Below, one piece after another: positions 41,075 through 54,525 of a stretch of 64,000 bases of DNA. The stretch is from Eledone cirrhosa (lineage: Eukaryota), in NCBI GenBank assembly GCA_964016885.1, contig OZ024743.1, positions 375,162,001 through 375,226,000 on the forward strand. Direction: 5' to 3'. The position numbers and the translations under genes were made by a program. Every line of letters begins with the position of its first letter. The first letter of the stretch is position 1. The notes beneath the pieces are model-generated. The model did not search any database and was not told the origin of the DNA. It was given only the letters and a program-made list of their open reading frames with translations.

Positions 41075-41193
41075 CAAAGTTTGTTTTATAAATAGTGACA
41101 TACCCAGGAATCAGACCTTAACGGTTCAAGTTCTGTTTAAGTTCCGTTAAGGTCTCATTCCTGGATATGTCAATATTTATAAAACAAACTTTG

Positions 41194-41253
41194 TATTTTA
41201 TCTGATGAGAGCCTACCAAGGTTTTGGTACCCTTGAAATATATATATAGAATA
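41194..41253 (+). ncRNA. Second hammerhead copy, probably inactivated
   Basis: CTGATGA at 41202-41208 and GAAA at 41235-41238 are intact, but stem III is 5 nt shorter and loses the NUH register. Confidence 0.55.
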
Positions 41254-41384
41254 AATATGGTTTTATAAATATAGTTTCCATTTATTAATATCATTGATAT
41301 TATACTCCAGAAAACTTGTCGAGTGCTTCGAAACTGTTATAAATATATTTGTTGAATTGCCAACAAACTAAATATCCCTTTGCT

Positions 41385-41431
<47 letters not shown>

Positions 41432-41555
41432 TGTTATACTTTGTAAGGGTCATGCTGCCAATAAAACCACACTCTCCTGTTAATTTTCACTTCAATTTAT
41501 TATAGATTGGTTGGTTGGTTGGTTGGTTCGATAAACGGATAGTTGTTTATATATT

Positions 41556-41598
41556 GTCAAAGCTCTTTCGTCACACATTTTGTGACCTCCTCAATGAC
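41556..41598 (-). ncRNA. Degenerate minimal type I hammerhead
   Basis: Minus strand: GTCA-TTGAGGA-G-GTCACA AAATG TGTGAC-GAAA-GAGC-TT-TGAC. Confidence 0.5.
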
Positions 41599-41671
41599 TA
41601 GGTTTTTATTTTGTGCCTCTCCTTTGTTCTGTCCTACACCATTTTGTTTTTGTGAGTTGTATGCAAAATTA

Positions 41672-41858
41672 CGGGGAGAGATGACCCCTTAGCCTTTGTC
41701 AAGGCAGAATTCTAGGAGAAGGAAAGCTCTGATATAACACCTGCAACCCTGATGGTATCCAATGATGTTGACTTGTTCTTCTTTATGGTAAATATCATCT
41801 TGGTTAAGAGAGTGGGACTGGCTTTGTGCAGTGTCTTTGCTCACTATGAAAGCTTCAC
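41672..41858 (+). mobile_element. Non-autonomous RTE-like short element, copy E (internal fragment, opposite orientation)
   Basis: Reverse complement of ~3177-3361. Confidence 0.75.
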
Positions 41859-41886
41859 ATACATATATACATACATACATACATAC

Positions 41887-41918
<32 letters not shown>

Positions 41919-42311
41919 ATTAACAGAGAGGACAAGACAATGAGCGAAAAGAGGGCAAAACGAAAAACAATTTTTTAAGGTTCTCCTTAAAAAGTTGATT
42001 TTTAAAAAGATAAACAAAAACGAAAGTCACAGAACACCAGGTTTATCGGCCGTTTATCGATCTTTGGCAGTTTCGACCCCTAGCAATAGCACTGATGGTC
42101 CACCCCGAGTCACTGCGTCTGACACAGGCCAAACGTTATCCAGTGGAGTAGGAGACGAGAGAAAAAACATGAATTTATAGTCAATATATATATATATACT
42201 CTCTCTCTCCTTCTCTCTCTTTCTCTCTCTCTCTTCTTCTCTCTCTCTCCTTCCCTCTCTCTCCTCTCTCTCTTTCTTTCTCTGTCTCTTTCTCTCTCTC
42301 TCTCTCTCCCT

Positions 42312-42344
<33 letters not shown>

Positions 42345-42386
42345 ACTCTCTCTCTCTCACTCTCTCTCTCTCTCTCTCTCTCACTC

Positions 42387-42432
<46 letters not shown>

Positions 42433-42671
42433 TCGTTCTCTCTGAAAGAAATCGGTTTTGTTCAAACCATGTCACTACGGTACTCCTACAACTCCATCAA
42501 GGGTTACAGGTCCATACATATACATATATATATATATAATATACCCACCGGTAAACTGAGCTAAACTTTCTATATACTGAAAAGGGATATATCATATCTA
42601 AACGCTGGTTGCAGTTATTTGCTGTGTTTGAGATTTCGTTCGTAGACTTGTGTTACGTTAGCTGTGAAACG

Positions 42672-43230
42672 CCTGGCTTTGTGGTTAGGGTTAAGGTTAG
42701 GGTTAGGGTATTGGGTTCACAATCGTAAGGTCGTAAGTTCCATTCTTGGCAACACGTTGTGTCCTTCAGCAAGACACTTTATTTCACGTTGCTACAGTTC
42801 ACTCAGCTGGCAAAAATAAGTTGTGCCTGCAATTCGAAGGGCCATTCTGTGTCACATTGAATCTCCCTGAGAACTACTGTAAGGATAGGCGTTTCTGTGG
42901 AATGCCCAACCTCTTGCATGTTAATTACATGAGCAGGCTGTTCTAGTGATCGTATCAACAGGAATATTCCTCGTCGTAACAGAAGGAGTGCCACTACTAT
43001 TATATAATAATTAGATAATCTTAGTGGTTAGTGTATTCCTCTCACAATCGTAAAGTCGTGAGTTCGATTCCCGGAGGCGTATTCTGTGTCACGCTGAATC
43101 TCCCTGAGAACTACGTTAACGGTAGGCGTGTCTGTGGAATATTCAGCCACTTGCACGTTAATTTCACAAGTAGGCTGTTCCGTTGGTCGTATCAAGTGGA
43201 ACACTCGTCGTCGTAACTGACGGAGTGTCA
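42672..43230 (+). mobile_element. Two tandem tRNA-derived SINEs (fourth family)
   Basis: Shared TCACAATCGTAA.GTCGT.AGTTC and TTCTGTGTCAC..TGAATCTCCCTGAGAACTAC blocks at 42672-42990 and 43020-43230. Confidence 0.7.
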
Positions 43231-43640
43231 GATGTTTTTCTTTGCGTTAGTTTCTGAATTTCCTTGAATTGTTGTCATCTAATACATTCTTTATTTTCTG
43301 ATATGTGCATCCATATAAACAAACAGCGATAGCTTGTATCACTTTCAGAAATTACATTATTTACAATATTTTTCAATAGTTTGCAGAGTTAGTGTTTGTT
43401 ATTGTGTCTCTTGTTTGTTATTGTTTGTTTGTTATCGCTGGCTATTGCATTCATTATCGCATAGAGTTACGGCCATTGCCATTCTGAATTCAAATCCCGA
43501 ATCGGTAATTGTATACGTTCGTAAATATGGGATTTCTTGTATTGTTCTATTGTTATCATATATAAGGGGGTTTTTAAATGTAAAATAGAATTATTATTAG
43601 ATTGTCCAGTTGTTGTATCAATATGAATCACTTTTGATTG

Positions 43641-46600
43641 GAAAAGAGTTCTGTGTAGTTGATAGAGAGAGGGGGAGAGTTAGAGGGGTATTAGAAGAGA
43701 GTTCTGTGTAGTTGATAGATAGAGGGGGAGAGTTAGAGGGGTATTAGAAGAGAGTTCTGTGTAGTTGATATAGAGAAGGGGAGAGTTAGACGGCTTTTAG
43801 AAGAGAGGTCTGTGTAGTTGATATAGAGAGGGGGAGAGTTAGAGGGGTTTTAGAAGAGAGTTCTGTGTAGTTGATATAGAGAGGAGGAGAGATAGAGGGG
43901 TATTAGAAGAGAGTTCTGTGTAGTTGATATAGAGAGGGGGAGAGTTAGAGGGGTTTTAGAAGAGAGTTCTGTGTAGTTGATATAGAGAGGGGGAGAGTTA
44001 GAGGGGTTTTAGAAGAGAGTTCTATGTAGTTGATATAGAGAAGGGGAGAGTTAGAGGGGTATTAGAAGAGAGTTCTATGTAGTTGATATAGAGAGGAGGA
44101 GAGTTAGAGGGGTATTAGAAGAGAGTTCTGTGTAGTTGATATAGAGAGGAGGAGAGTTAGAGGGGTATTAGAAGAGAGTTCTGTGTAGTTGATATAGAGA
44201 GGAGGAGAGTTAGAGGGGTATTAGAAGAGAGTTCTGTGTAGTTGATATAAAGAGGAGGAGAGTTAGAGGGGTATTAGAAGAGAGTTCCGTGTAGTTGATA
44301 TAGAGAGGAGGAGAGTTAGAGGGGTTTTAGAAGAGAGTTCTATGTAGTTGATATAGAGAGGAGAGTTAGAGGGGTTTTAGAAGAGAGTTCTGTGTAGTTG
44401 ATATAGAGAAGGGGAGAGTTAGAGGGGTTTTAGAAGAGAGTTCTATGTAGTTGATATAAAGAGGAGGAGAGTTAGAGGGGTATTAGAAGAGAGTTCTGTG
44501 TAGTTGATATAGAGAGGAGGAGAGTTAGAGGGGTATTAGAAGAGAGTTCTGTGTAGTTGATATAGAGAGGAGGAGAGTTAGAGGGGTATTAGAAGAGAGT
44601 TCTGTGTAGTTGATATAAAGAGGAGGAGAGTTAGAGGGGTATTAGAAGAGAGTTCCGTGTAGTTGATATAGAGAGGAGGAGAGTTAGAGGGGTTTTAGAA
44701 GAGAGTTCTATGTAGTTGATATAGAGAGGAGAGTTAGAGGGGTTTTAGAAGAGAGTTCTGTGTAGTTGATATAGAGAGGAGGAGAGTGAGAGGGGTATTA
44801 GAAGAGAGTTCCGTGTAGTTGATATAGAGAGGAGGAGAGTTAGAGGGGTTTTAGAAGAGAGTTCTATGTAGTTGATATAGAGAGGAGGAGAGTTAGAGGG
44901 GTTTTAGAAGAGAGTTCTGTGTAGTTGATATAGAGAAGGGGAGAGTTAGAGGGGTTTTAGAAGAGAGTTCTATGTAGTTGATATAAAGAGGAGGAGAGTT
45001 AGAGGGGTTTTAGAAGAGAGTTCTGTGTAGTTGATATAGAGAAGGGGAGAGTTAGAGGGGTTTTAGAAGAGAGTTCTATGTAGTTGATAGAGAGAGGGGG
45101 AGAGTTAGAGGGGTTTTAGAAGAGAGTTCTATGTAGTTGATATAAAGAGGGGGAGAGTTAGAGGGGTTTTAGAAGAGAGTTCTATGTAGTTGATATAGAG
45201 AAGGGGAGAGTTAGAGGGGTATTAGAAGAGAGTTCTATGTAGTTGATATAAAGAGGAGAGTTAGAGGGGTTTTAGAAGAGAGTTCTGTGTAGTTGATATA
45301 AAGAGGAGGAGAGTTAGAGGGGTTTTAGAAGAGAGTTCTGTGTAGTTGATATAGAGAGGAGGAGAGTTAGAGGGGTTTTAGAAGAGAGTTCTATGTAGTT
45401 GATAGAGAGAGGGGGAGAGTTAGAGGGGTTTTAGAAGAGAGTTCTATGTAGTTGATATAAAGAGGAGAGTTAGAGGGGTTTTAGAAGAGAGTTCTGTGTA
45501 GTTGATATAGAGAAGAGGAGAGTGAGAGGGGTATTAGAAGAGAGTTCTGTGTAGTTGATATAAAGAGGAGGAGAGTTAGAGGGGTTTTAGAAGAGAGTTC
45601 TGTGTAGTTGATATAGAGAAGAGGAGAGTGAGAGGGGTATTAGAAGAGAGTTCTGTGTAGTTGATATAAAGAGGAGGAGAGTTAGAGGGGTTTTAGAAGA
45701 GAGTTCTGTGTAGTTGATATAGAGAAGAGGAGAGTGAGAGGGGTATTAGAAGAGAGTTCTGTGTAGTTGATATAGAGAGGAGGAGAGTTAGAGGGGTTTT
45801 AGAAGAGAGTTCTATGTAGTTGATATAAAGAGGGGGAGAGTTAGAGGGGTTTTAGAAGAGAGTTCTATGTAGTTGATATAGAGAAGGGGAGAGTTAGAGG
45901 GGTATTAGAAGAGAGTTCTATGTAGTTGATATAGAGAGGAGGAGAGTTAGAGGGGTTTTAGAAGAGAGTTCTATGTAGTTGATATAAAGAGGAGTTAGAG
46001 GGGTTTTAGAAGAGAGTTCTGTGTAGTTGATATAGAGAGGAGGAGAGTTAGAGGGGTATTAGAAGAGAGTTCTGTGTAGTTGATATAGAGAAGGGGAGAG
46101 TTAGAGGGGTATTAGAAGAGAGTTCTGTGTAGTTGATATAAAGAGGAGGAGAGTTAGAGGGGTATTAGAAGAGAGTTCCGTGTAGTTGATATAGAGAAGG
46201 GGAGAGTTAGAGGGGTATTAGAAGAGAGTTCTGTGTAGTTGATATAAAGAGGAGGAGAGTTAGAGGGGTATTAGCAGAGAGTTCCGTGTAGTTGATATAG
46301 AGAAGGGGAGAGTTAGAGGGGTATTAGAAGAGAGTTCTGTGTAGTTGATATAGAGAGGAGGAGAGTTAGAGGGGTATTAGAAGAGAGTTCTGTGTAGTTG
46401 ATATAGAGAAGGGGAGAGTTAGAGGGGTATTAGAAGAGAGTTCTGTGTAGTTGATATAAAGAGGAGGAGAGTTAGAGGGGTATTAGCAGAGAGTTCCGTG
46501 TAGTTGATATAGAGAAGGGGAGAGTTAGAGGGGTATTAGAAGAGAGTTCTGTGTAGTTGATATAAAGAGGAGGAGAGTTAGAGGGGTATTAGAAGAGAGT

Positions 46601-49600
46601 TCTATGTAGTTGATATAGAGAGGAGGAGAGTTAGAGGGGTATTAGAAGAGAGTTCTGTGTAGTTGATATAGAGAAGGGGAGAGTTAGAGGGGTATTAGAA
46701 GAGAGTTCTGTGTAGTTGATATAGAGAAGGGGAGAGTTAGAGGGGTATTAGAAGAGAGTTCTATGTAGTTGATATAAAGAGGAGAGTTAGAGGGGTATTA
46801 GAAGAGAGTTCTATGTAGTTGATATAGAGAGGAGGAGAGTTAGAGGGGTATTAGAAGAGAGTTCTGTGTAGTTGATATAAAGAAGGGGAGAGTTAGAGGG
46901 GTATTAGAAGAGAGTTCTGTGTAGTTGATATAGAGAGGAGGAGAGTTAGAGGGGTTTTAGAAGAGAGTTCTGTGTAGTTGATATAGAGAGGAGGAGAGTT
47001 AGAGGGGTTTTAGAAGAGAGTTCTGTGTAGTTGATATAAAGAGGAGAGTTAGAGGGGTTTTAGAAGAGCGTTCTGTGTAGTTGATATAGAGAAGGGGAGA
47101 GTTAGAGGGGTATTAGAAGAGAGTTCTATGTAGTTGATATAAAGAGGGGGAGAGTTAGAGGGGTTTTAGAAGAGAGTTCTGTGTAGTTGATATAAAGAGG
47201 AGAGTTAGAGGGGTTTTAGAAGAGAGTTCTGTGTAGTTGATATAAAGAGGAGAGTTAGAGGGGATTTAGAAGAGAGTTCTGTGTAGTTGATATAAAGAGG
47301 AGAGTTAGAGGGGATTTAGAAGAGAGTTCTGTGTAGTTGATATAGAGAGGAGGAGAGTTAGAGGGGTATTAGAAGAGAGTTCTATGTAGTTGATATAAAG
47401 AGGAGAGTTAGAGGGGATTTAGAAGAGAGTTCTGTGTAGTTGATATAGAGAGGAGGAGAGTTAGAGGGGTATTAGAAGAGAGTTCTATGTAGTTGATATA
47501 AAGAGGAGAGTTAGAGGGGATTTAGAAGAGAGTTCTGTGTAGTTGATATAGAGAGGAGGAGAGTTAGAGGGGTATTAGAAGAGAGTTCTATGTAGTTGAT
47601 ATAAAGAGGAGAGTTAGAGGGGTTTTAGAAGAGAGTTCTGTGTAGTTGATATAGAGAGGAGGAGAGTTAGAGGGGTATTAGAAGAGAGTTCTATGTAGTT
47701 GATATAAAGAGGAGAGTTAGAGGGGTTTTAGAAGAGAGTTCTGTGTAGTTGATATAGAGAGGAGAGTTAGAGGGGTATTAGAAGAGAGTTCTGTGTAGTT
47801 GATATAGAGAGGAGGAGAGTTAGAGGGGTATTAGAAGAGAGTTCTATGTAGTTGATATAAAGAAGGGGAGAGTTAGAGGGGTATTAGAAGAGAGTTCTAT
47901 GAAGTTGATATAGAGAGGAGAGTTAGAGGGGTATTAGAAGAGAGTTCTATGTAGTTGATATAGAGAGGAGAGTTAGAGGGGTATTAGAAGAGAGTTCTGT
48001 GTAGTTGATATAAAGAGGAGGAGAGTTAGAGGGGTTTTAGAAGAGAGTTCTGTGTAGTTGATATAGAGAAGGGGAGAGTTAGAGGGGTATTAGAAGTGAG
48101 TTCTATGTAGTTGATATAGAGAGGAGAGTTAGAGGGGTATTAGAAGAGAGTTCTATGTAGTTGATATAGAGAGGAGAGTTAGAGGGGTATTAGAAGAGAG
48201 TTCTATGTAGTTGATATAGAGAGGAGAGTTAGAGGGGTATTAGAAGAGAGTTCTGTGTAGTTGATATAGAGAAGGGGAGAGTTAGAGGGGTATTAGAAGA
48301 GAGTTCTATGTAGTTGATATAGAGAGGAGGAGAGTTAGAGGGGTATTAGAAGAGAGTTCTGTGTAGTTGATATAGAGAGGAGGAGAGTTAGAGGGGTATT
48401 AGAAGAGAGTTCTATGTAGTTGATATAGAGAAGGGGAGAGTTAGAGGGGTTTTAGAAGAGAGTTCTGTGTAGTTGATATAGAGAAGGGGAGAGTTAGAGG
48501 GGTATTAGAAGAGAGTTCTGTGTAGTTGATATAGAGAAGAGGAGAGTTAGAGGGGTATTAGAAGAGAGTTCTGTGTAGTTGATATAGAGAGGAGGAGAGT
48601 TAGAGGGGTATTAGAAGAGAGTTCTATGTAGTTGATATAGAGAAGGGGAGAGTTAGAGGGGTTTTAGAAGAGAGTTCTGTGTAGTTGATATAGAGAAGGG
48701 GAGAGTTAGAGGGGTATTAGAAGAGAGTTCTGTGTAGTTGATATAGAGAAGGGGAGAGTTAGAGGGGTTTTAGAAGAGAGTTCTGTGTAGTTGATATAGA
48801 GAGGAGGAGAGTTAGAGGGGTATTAGAAGAGAGTTCTGTGTAGTTGATATAGAGAAGGGGAGAGTTAGAGGGGTATTAGAAGAGAGTTCTGTGTAGTTGA
48901 TATAGAGAGGAGGAGAGTTAGAGGGGTATTAGAAGAGAGTTCTATGTAGTTGATATAAAGAAGGGGAGAGTTAGAGGGGTATTAGAAGAGAGTTCTATGA
49001 AGTTGATATAGAGAGGAGAGTTAGAGGGGTATTAGAAGAGAGTTCTATGTAGTTGATATAGAGAGGAGAGTTAGAGGGGTATTAGAAGAGAGTTCTGTGT
49101 AGTTGATATAAAGAGGAGGAGAGTTAGAGGGGTTTTAGAAGAGAGTTCTGTGTAGTTGATATAGAGAGGAGGAGAGTTAGAGGGGTATTAGAAGAGAGTT
49201 CTGTGTAGTTGATATAGAGAAGGGGAGAGTTAGAGGGGTATTAGAAGAGAGTTCTGTGTAGTTGATATAGAGAGGAGGAGAGTTAGAGGGGTATTAGAAG
49301 AGAGTTCTATGTAGTTGATATAAAGAAGGGGAGAGTTAGAGGGGTATTAGAAGAGAGTTCTATGAAGTTGATATAGAGAGGAGAGTTAGAGGGGTATTAG
49401 AAGAGAGTTCTATGTAGTTGATATAGAGAGGAGAGTTAGAGGGGTATTAGAAGAGAGTTCTGTGTAGTTGATATAAAGAGGAGGAGAGTTAGAGGGGTTT
49501 TAGAAGAGAGTTCTGTGTAGTTGATATAGAGAAGGGGAGAGTTAGAGGGGTATTAGAAGAGAGTTCTGTGTAGTTGATATAGAGAGGAGAGTTAGAGGGG

Positions 49601-51137
49601 TATTAGAAGAGAGTTCTATGTAGTTGATATAGAGAGGAGAGTTAGAGGGGTATTAGAAGAGAGTTCTATGTAGTTGATATAGAGAGGAGAGTTAGAGGGG
49701 TATTAGAAGAGAGTTCTATGTAGTTGATATAAAGAGGAGTTAGAGGGGTATTAGAAGAGAGTTCTGTGTAGTTGATATAGAGAGGAGGAGAGTTAGAGGG
49801 GTATTAGAAGAGAGTTCTATGTAGTTGATATAAAGAAGGGGAGAGTTAGAGGGGTATTAGAAGAGAGTTCTATGAAGTTGATATAGAGAGGAGAGTTAGA
49901 GGGGTATTAGAAGAGAGTTCTATGTAGTTGATATAGAGAGGAGAGTTAGAGGGGTATTAGAAGAGAGTTCTGTGTAGTTGATATAAAGAGGAGGAGAGTT
50001 AGAGGGGTTTTAGAAGAGAGTTCTGTGTAGTTGATATAGAGAAGGGGAGAGTTAGAGGGGTATTAGAAGTGAGTTCTATGTAGTTGATATAAAGAGGAGG
50101 AGAGTTAGAGGGGTATTAGAAGAGAGTTCTATGTAGTTGATATAGAGAGGAGAGTTAGAGGGGTATTAGAAGAGAGTTCTATGTAGTTGATATAGAGAGG
50201 AGAGTTAGAGGGGTATTAGAAGAGAGTTCTATGTAGTTGATATAGAGAGGAGAGTTAGAGGGGTATTAGAAGAGAGTTCTATGTAGTTGATATAAAGAGG
50301 AGTTAGAGGGGTTTTAGAAGAGAGTTCTGTGTAGTTGATATAGAGAAGGGGAGAGTTAGAGGGGTTTTAGAAGAGAGTTCTGTGTAGTTGATATAGAGAA
50401 GGGGAGAGTTAGAGGGGTATTAGAAGAGAGTTCTATGTAGTTGATATAGAGAGGAGGAGAGTTAGAGGGGTATTAGAAGAGAGTTCTGTGTAGTTGATAT
50501 AGAGAGGAGGAGAGTTAGAGGGGTATTAGAAGAGAGTTCTGTGTAGTTGATATAGAGAAGAGGAGAGTTAGAGGGGTATTAGAAGAGAGTTCTGTGTAGT
50601 TGATATAGAGAGGAGGAGAGTTAGAGGGGTATTAGAAGAGAGTTCTGTGTAGTTGATATAGAGAGGGGGAGAGTTAGAGGGGTATTAGAAGAGAGTTCTG
50701 TGTAGTTGATATAGAGAAGGGGAGAGTTAGAGGGGTATTAGAAGAGAGTTCTGTGTAGTTGATATAGAGAAGGGGAGAGTTAGAGGGGTATTAGAAGAGA
50801 GTTCTGTGTAGTTGATATAGAGAAGGGGAGAGTTAGAGGGGTTTTAGAAGAGAGTTCTGTGTAGTTGATATAGAGAAGGGGAGAGTTAGAGGGGTATTAG
50901 AAGAGAGTTCTGTGTAGTTGATATAGAGAGGAGGAGAGTTAGAGGGGTATTAGAAGAGAGTTCTGTGTAGTTGATATAGAGAGGAGGAGAGTTAGAGGGG
51001 TATTAGAAGAGAGTTCTATGTAGTTGATATAGAGAAGGGGAGAGTTAGAGGGGTTTTAGAAGAGAGTTCTGTGTAGTTGATATAAAGAGGAGGAGAGTTA
51101 GAGGGGTATCAGAAGAGAGTTCTGTGTAGTTGATATA
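43641..51137 (+). repeat. ~53-bp satellite AGAAGAGAGTTCT(G/A)TGTAGTTGATATAGAGAGGAGGAGAGTTAGAGGGGT(A/T)TT, ~140 copies
   Basis: Direct tandem array with 53-, 50- and 48-bp length variants. Confidence 0.98.
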
Positions 51138-51140
51138 TAT

Positions 51141-54100
51141 TTCTATTTATTTGCCACCAGGGCATGAAAGATTGGGACAAATACAAAGGGGGGAGTTTAC
51201 ATACATTTAAAAAGACGTGTAAAAAACATATAACAAATTAAATTTAACAATCGATGTCCTCAATAGGGAGGGGCGTTGACATGGGTCGCACACACCCCCG
51301 AAAAAATGTGCAACCCTCCTCTTCAGGAGCGCAAAGAGCGGGTGCTTCCTTCCTCTTCTCATTCTTCTCCTCTCTCACCTACAGGCTGATATAGAGAGAA
51401 GGCCCATTCACTCGGGCCATTCTCGCTACTTTCACCCATCTTTCATAAAACTTGCTGGGGTACAGCACCTCTCTCTCCATTCTGATCCTTCTTCTAAAGT
51501 GGTGCTTGAAAAAAAAGACCAGTTGTTGGCCGGAGAGATAGGTGTTTGACCTCAGCCCTTTCAACCTTGTCCACCATACAACTTCTTTCGCCATGGCTAT
51601 CACACAGAGGAAAACCGCCTCTCCTTCGTTTTTGAAAGGGGGAGGCGGTTTGATTGTGACAATGTTCTCAGTGGTCAACCGGATTGGTCCCACCCTCGAC
51701 AGTAATCGTTCTACATAGCCCCACAGGTCAGCAACGCCCGGGCAGTGTACGAATGCGTGTGCGACGGTTTCCTCGTCACGCACGCATCTTGGACAGATCT
51801 TCTTCGAGGGCGCCCGTATCTGTAGAGCTTGTCCCGAATGGGTAGAGCTCCTCGGTAATATTGCCAAGCCAGGGACTTTTGGAAGTTGTCCATCGGTCCC
51901 GGGCCAAACGTCCTACCGAACAGACTGGCCAGCTCGTCTTCCTCCATGCCCAGAGCCTCTCCGAGAGCGTCGTCGCACTTACTGCTCACCAACCCTCTAT
52001 AGAATGTTGAGGTTGAGTCTCCACTGATTGCCGGATCCGCTTGCCAGAGGGCCGTGAGCGCCTGGGCACATTCAATGTGCCAGTCGCCCACTTTTCTCGG
52101 TCTTTGCTTGACCCAGGATTGCAGCTCGGTGAGTGAGACGAGTCTCGGAAAGGCTCGCCTCACAAACAGGGCCCACACCGGCTGACCGGTGAGGAATACC
52201 TGGAGGTGCCGTAGCCTTAATGCGTGTCTACGCATCGTCAGCCACGACATCCGCAGCCCTCCGTTCGAAGGGTGTTGACAGCAGATGGATCTTTCACCAA
52301 AGGAGCCCGCTTCTTCCAAAGAAATCGGAAGAGCGCGCGCTCCATTTTGGCGAGTGTTTTCTCTGGGCAAGGCACGACGGTCAAGCGGTAGTAGATGACG
52401 GACTCTATATAAACGTTCGCCACCTCCGCTCGACCTTTCAGAGATAGTTTGCACTCGGCCCACTTCTGGGCGAGTGCAAACACCTTGCCCGTTACCTCGT
52501 CCCAGTTTTTCTCCACCTGGAGGTCCGGTCCGAACCAGACCCCGAGCAGCTTCACCGGTCCCTCCGTCCAGCGTCCGACGATGCAGTCGGAGTGAATCGT
52601 TTTGCCCCTCCACGTCCCGAGTTGCAAACCGACGGACTTGTCCCGGTTCAGCTTGGCTCCTGTGAACCTTTCATATTCCTCCAGTAAGGTGCCTATCTGC
52701 CCGATTTCCGAGGCGCACGACACCGTTACTGTCACGTCATCGGCGTAGGCCGACACCGCTTTCCGCAATCCCGGTTCCAAGGGGATGCGCTGCAACAGCT
52801 CCAGCTTCCGCAGTAGTGGCTCGAGGGCCAGCACATACAGGATGGAGGAGAGAGGGCATCCCTGTCGGATGGATCGCGTGATTTGGAACGGCTCCGAGAG
52901 GTAGCCGTTCACCTTGACCCTCGAGCAGGTGTTGCTGCTGTGCATTGCAGCAATCCATCACCTGAAAACGGGTCCGAAGCCTGCCGCCGCGAGCACCGCA
53001 TCCAGGTACCGATCGTCAACCCTATCGAATGCCTTAGATTGATCCAAGTTGATCAGGGCCCCACCAAAGCCGGGTTCGTTCCCTACCATCTCTACGATGT
53101 ATCGCATAAGGTGGAAGTTGTCGTGTATGGACCTGGAAGGGATTGCGCATGTCTGCGCTTCTCCCACCAGGTTCCCGACGACAAGCGCCAACCTCTTCGC
53201 TAACACCTTGGCCAAAATCTTTAACTCTGTGTTTAGCAGAGTTATGGGCCTGAAGTTATCTATGTCATCCCCCTTGTTCTCGTCCTTCCTCACCAGCGTG
53301 ACTACGCCCTTGGTCACAGAACTGGGAATTCTCCCGTTCTGTTGCCAGTTGCAGTAGACCGCCTCGAGGAGACCGGAAAACAAGTCCGGCATCGCTACAT
53401 AAAGTTCGTATGGTAGACCATCGAGACCCGGAGATTTGCGTTTGCCGCATTGGCTCAGCGCTTCCCCTATTTCAGCGGCTGAAATCGGCCTCTCGCAGGA
53501 CTTCGCCTCCCCGTCCGAGAGCCGCGCCAGACCGTTGAGGTATGGACCGAAATCCATGGCCCCACCGGGCCCGCCGCCCCTCCCGAACAGTCGTGCAAAA
53601 CGCCGTTGAAAGGCCGCGCTCATCGGCTCAGGTTCAAGGATCACGCGTCCATCCTGGTCCTTCAAAGACCGAATCGTGGACTTGTTTCCACTTTTTGCTT
53701 CTGTCACTCGGGCCCAGCTAACAGCTTTGGCTCCCTCGTTACCCAGAGCACGTATTTTACTCCTGACAACGCAGCCCTCGTGCTTCGCATCAAAGAACTG
53801 GTCTAGGGCCGTTCTTGACGCCAGCACGCCGGCCACGTTTGCATTGCTAATCGCCTCTTCTACTCTATTTGTTAATTCCCTTTCAGTCCTATTCCTATCT
53901 GATGCTAATTCCCGACTAAAACCTATCGATTCTATTCTAATTTCTCTCTTGAGAGAGCCCCACCACCTGCTGTTGACAATTGCCCCCGTCAAACGCTGCT
54001 TAACTAGAGTGCTAATCCGCTTACTGTAAGCTTTGTTTGTCGGTAAAACAAGTTTAGCTTCCAGTAACCGGGTCCCTGTCTATGAGTTCTATCAAGGTCG

Positions 54101-54241
54101 ACCACTCCGGTCACCAACTTGTGATCCGAATAGTCAACCAGGAACATTCGTGGACAGCTTAATATGTCCCTATCCTTATTTCTAACTAGGAACCTATCTA
54201 GGTACGACCTAGATGTTCCGCTGCGATTAGTCCACGTCCAG
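51141..54241 (-). mobile_element. L1/Tx1-like LINE copy 2 (diverged subfamily, 5'-truncated in the endonuclease domain, frameshifted)
   Basis: ORF pieces 54004..54330, 52958..53992, 52238..52945, 51711..52613 and 51379..51867 carry YLDRFL, YSDHKLV, GPGYWKLN, KSPGLDGLP and AYADD. Confidence 0.95.
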
Positions 54242-54386
54242 TCATCTCGACACCTTGCTATCCAGGATCCCGGATGAGCCCACACCAGTGGCCAACCTAT
54301 ACAGGCTGGAGATAAAATGTGTAGCAACAAGGGCGGCGTCCCAGCATGGTCTCAGCCGGATGGCTGAAACAGGTAAAAGAGTAAAA

Positions 54387-54390
<4 letters not shown>
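54242..54390 (+). mobile_element. SINE 3' portion (second family)
   Basis: Ends CCAGCATGGTCTCAG..GGCTGAAACAGGTAAAAGAGTAAAAGAA then (TA)n. Confidence 0.5.
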
Positions 54391-54436
<46 letters not shown>

Positions 54437-54479
54437 AGAGAGAGAGGGAGAGAAAGAAAGAGAGAGAGAGGGGGAGAGA

Positions 54480-54525
<46 letters not shown>

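Larger units (their letters stand above)
40964..41386 (+). mobile_element. Penelope-like inverted pseudo-LTR pair flanked by (TA)n
   Basis: ~160-bp inverted arms 40964-41124/41144-41300, each with a CTGATGA..GAAA hammerhead; unpaired tail 41301-41386. Confidence 0.75.

Noticed and set aside
42683-42708. Interstitial telomeric TTAGGG repeats
   Set aside because: Only 3-4 units, explained by slippage of the SINE head GTGGTTAGGGT.
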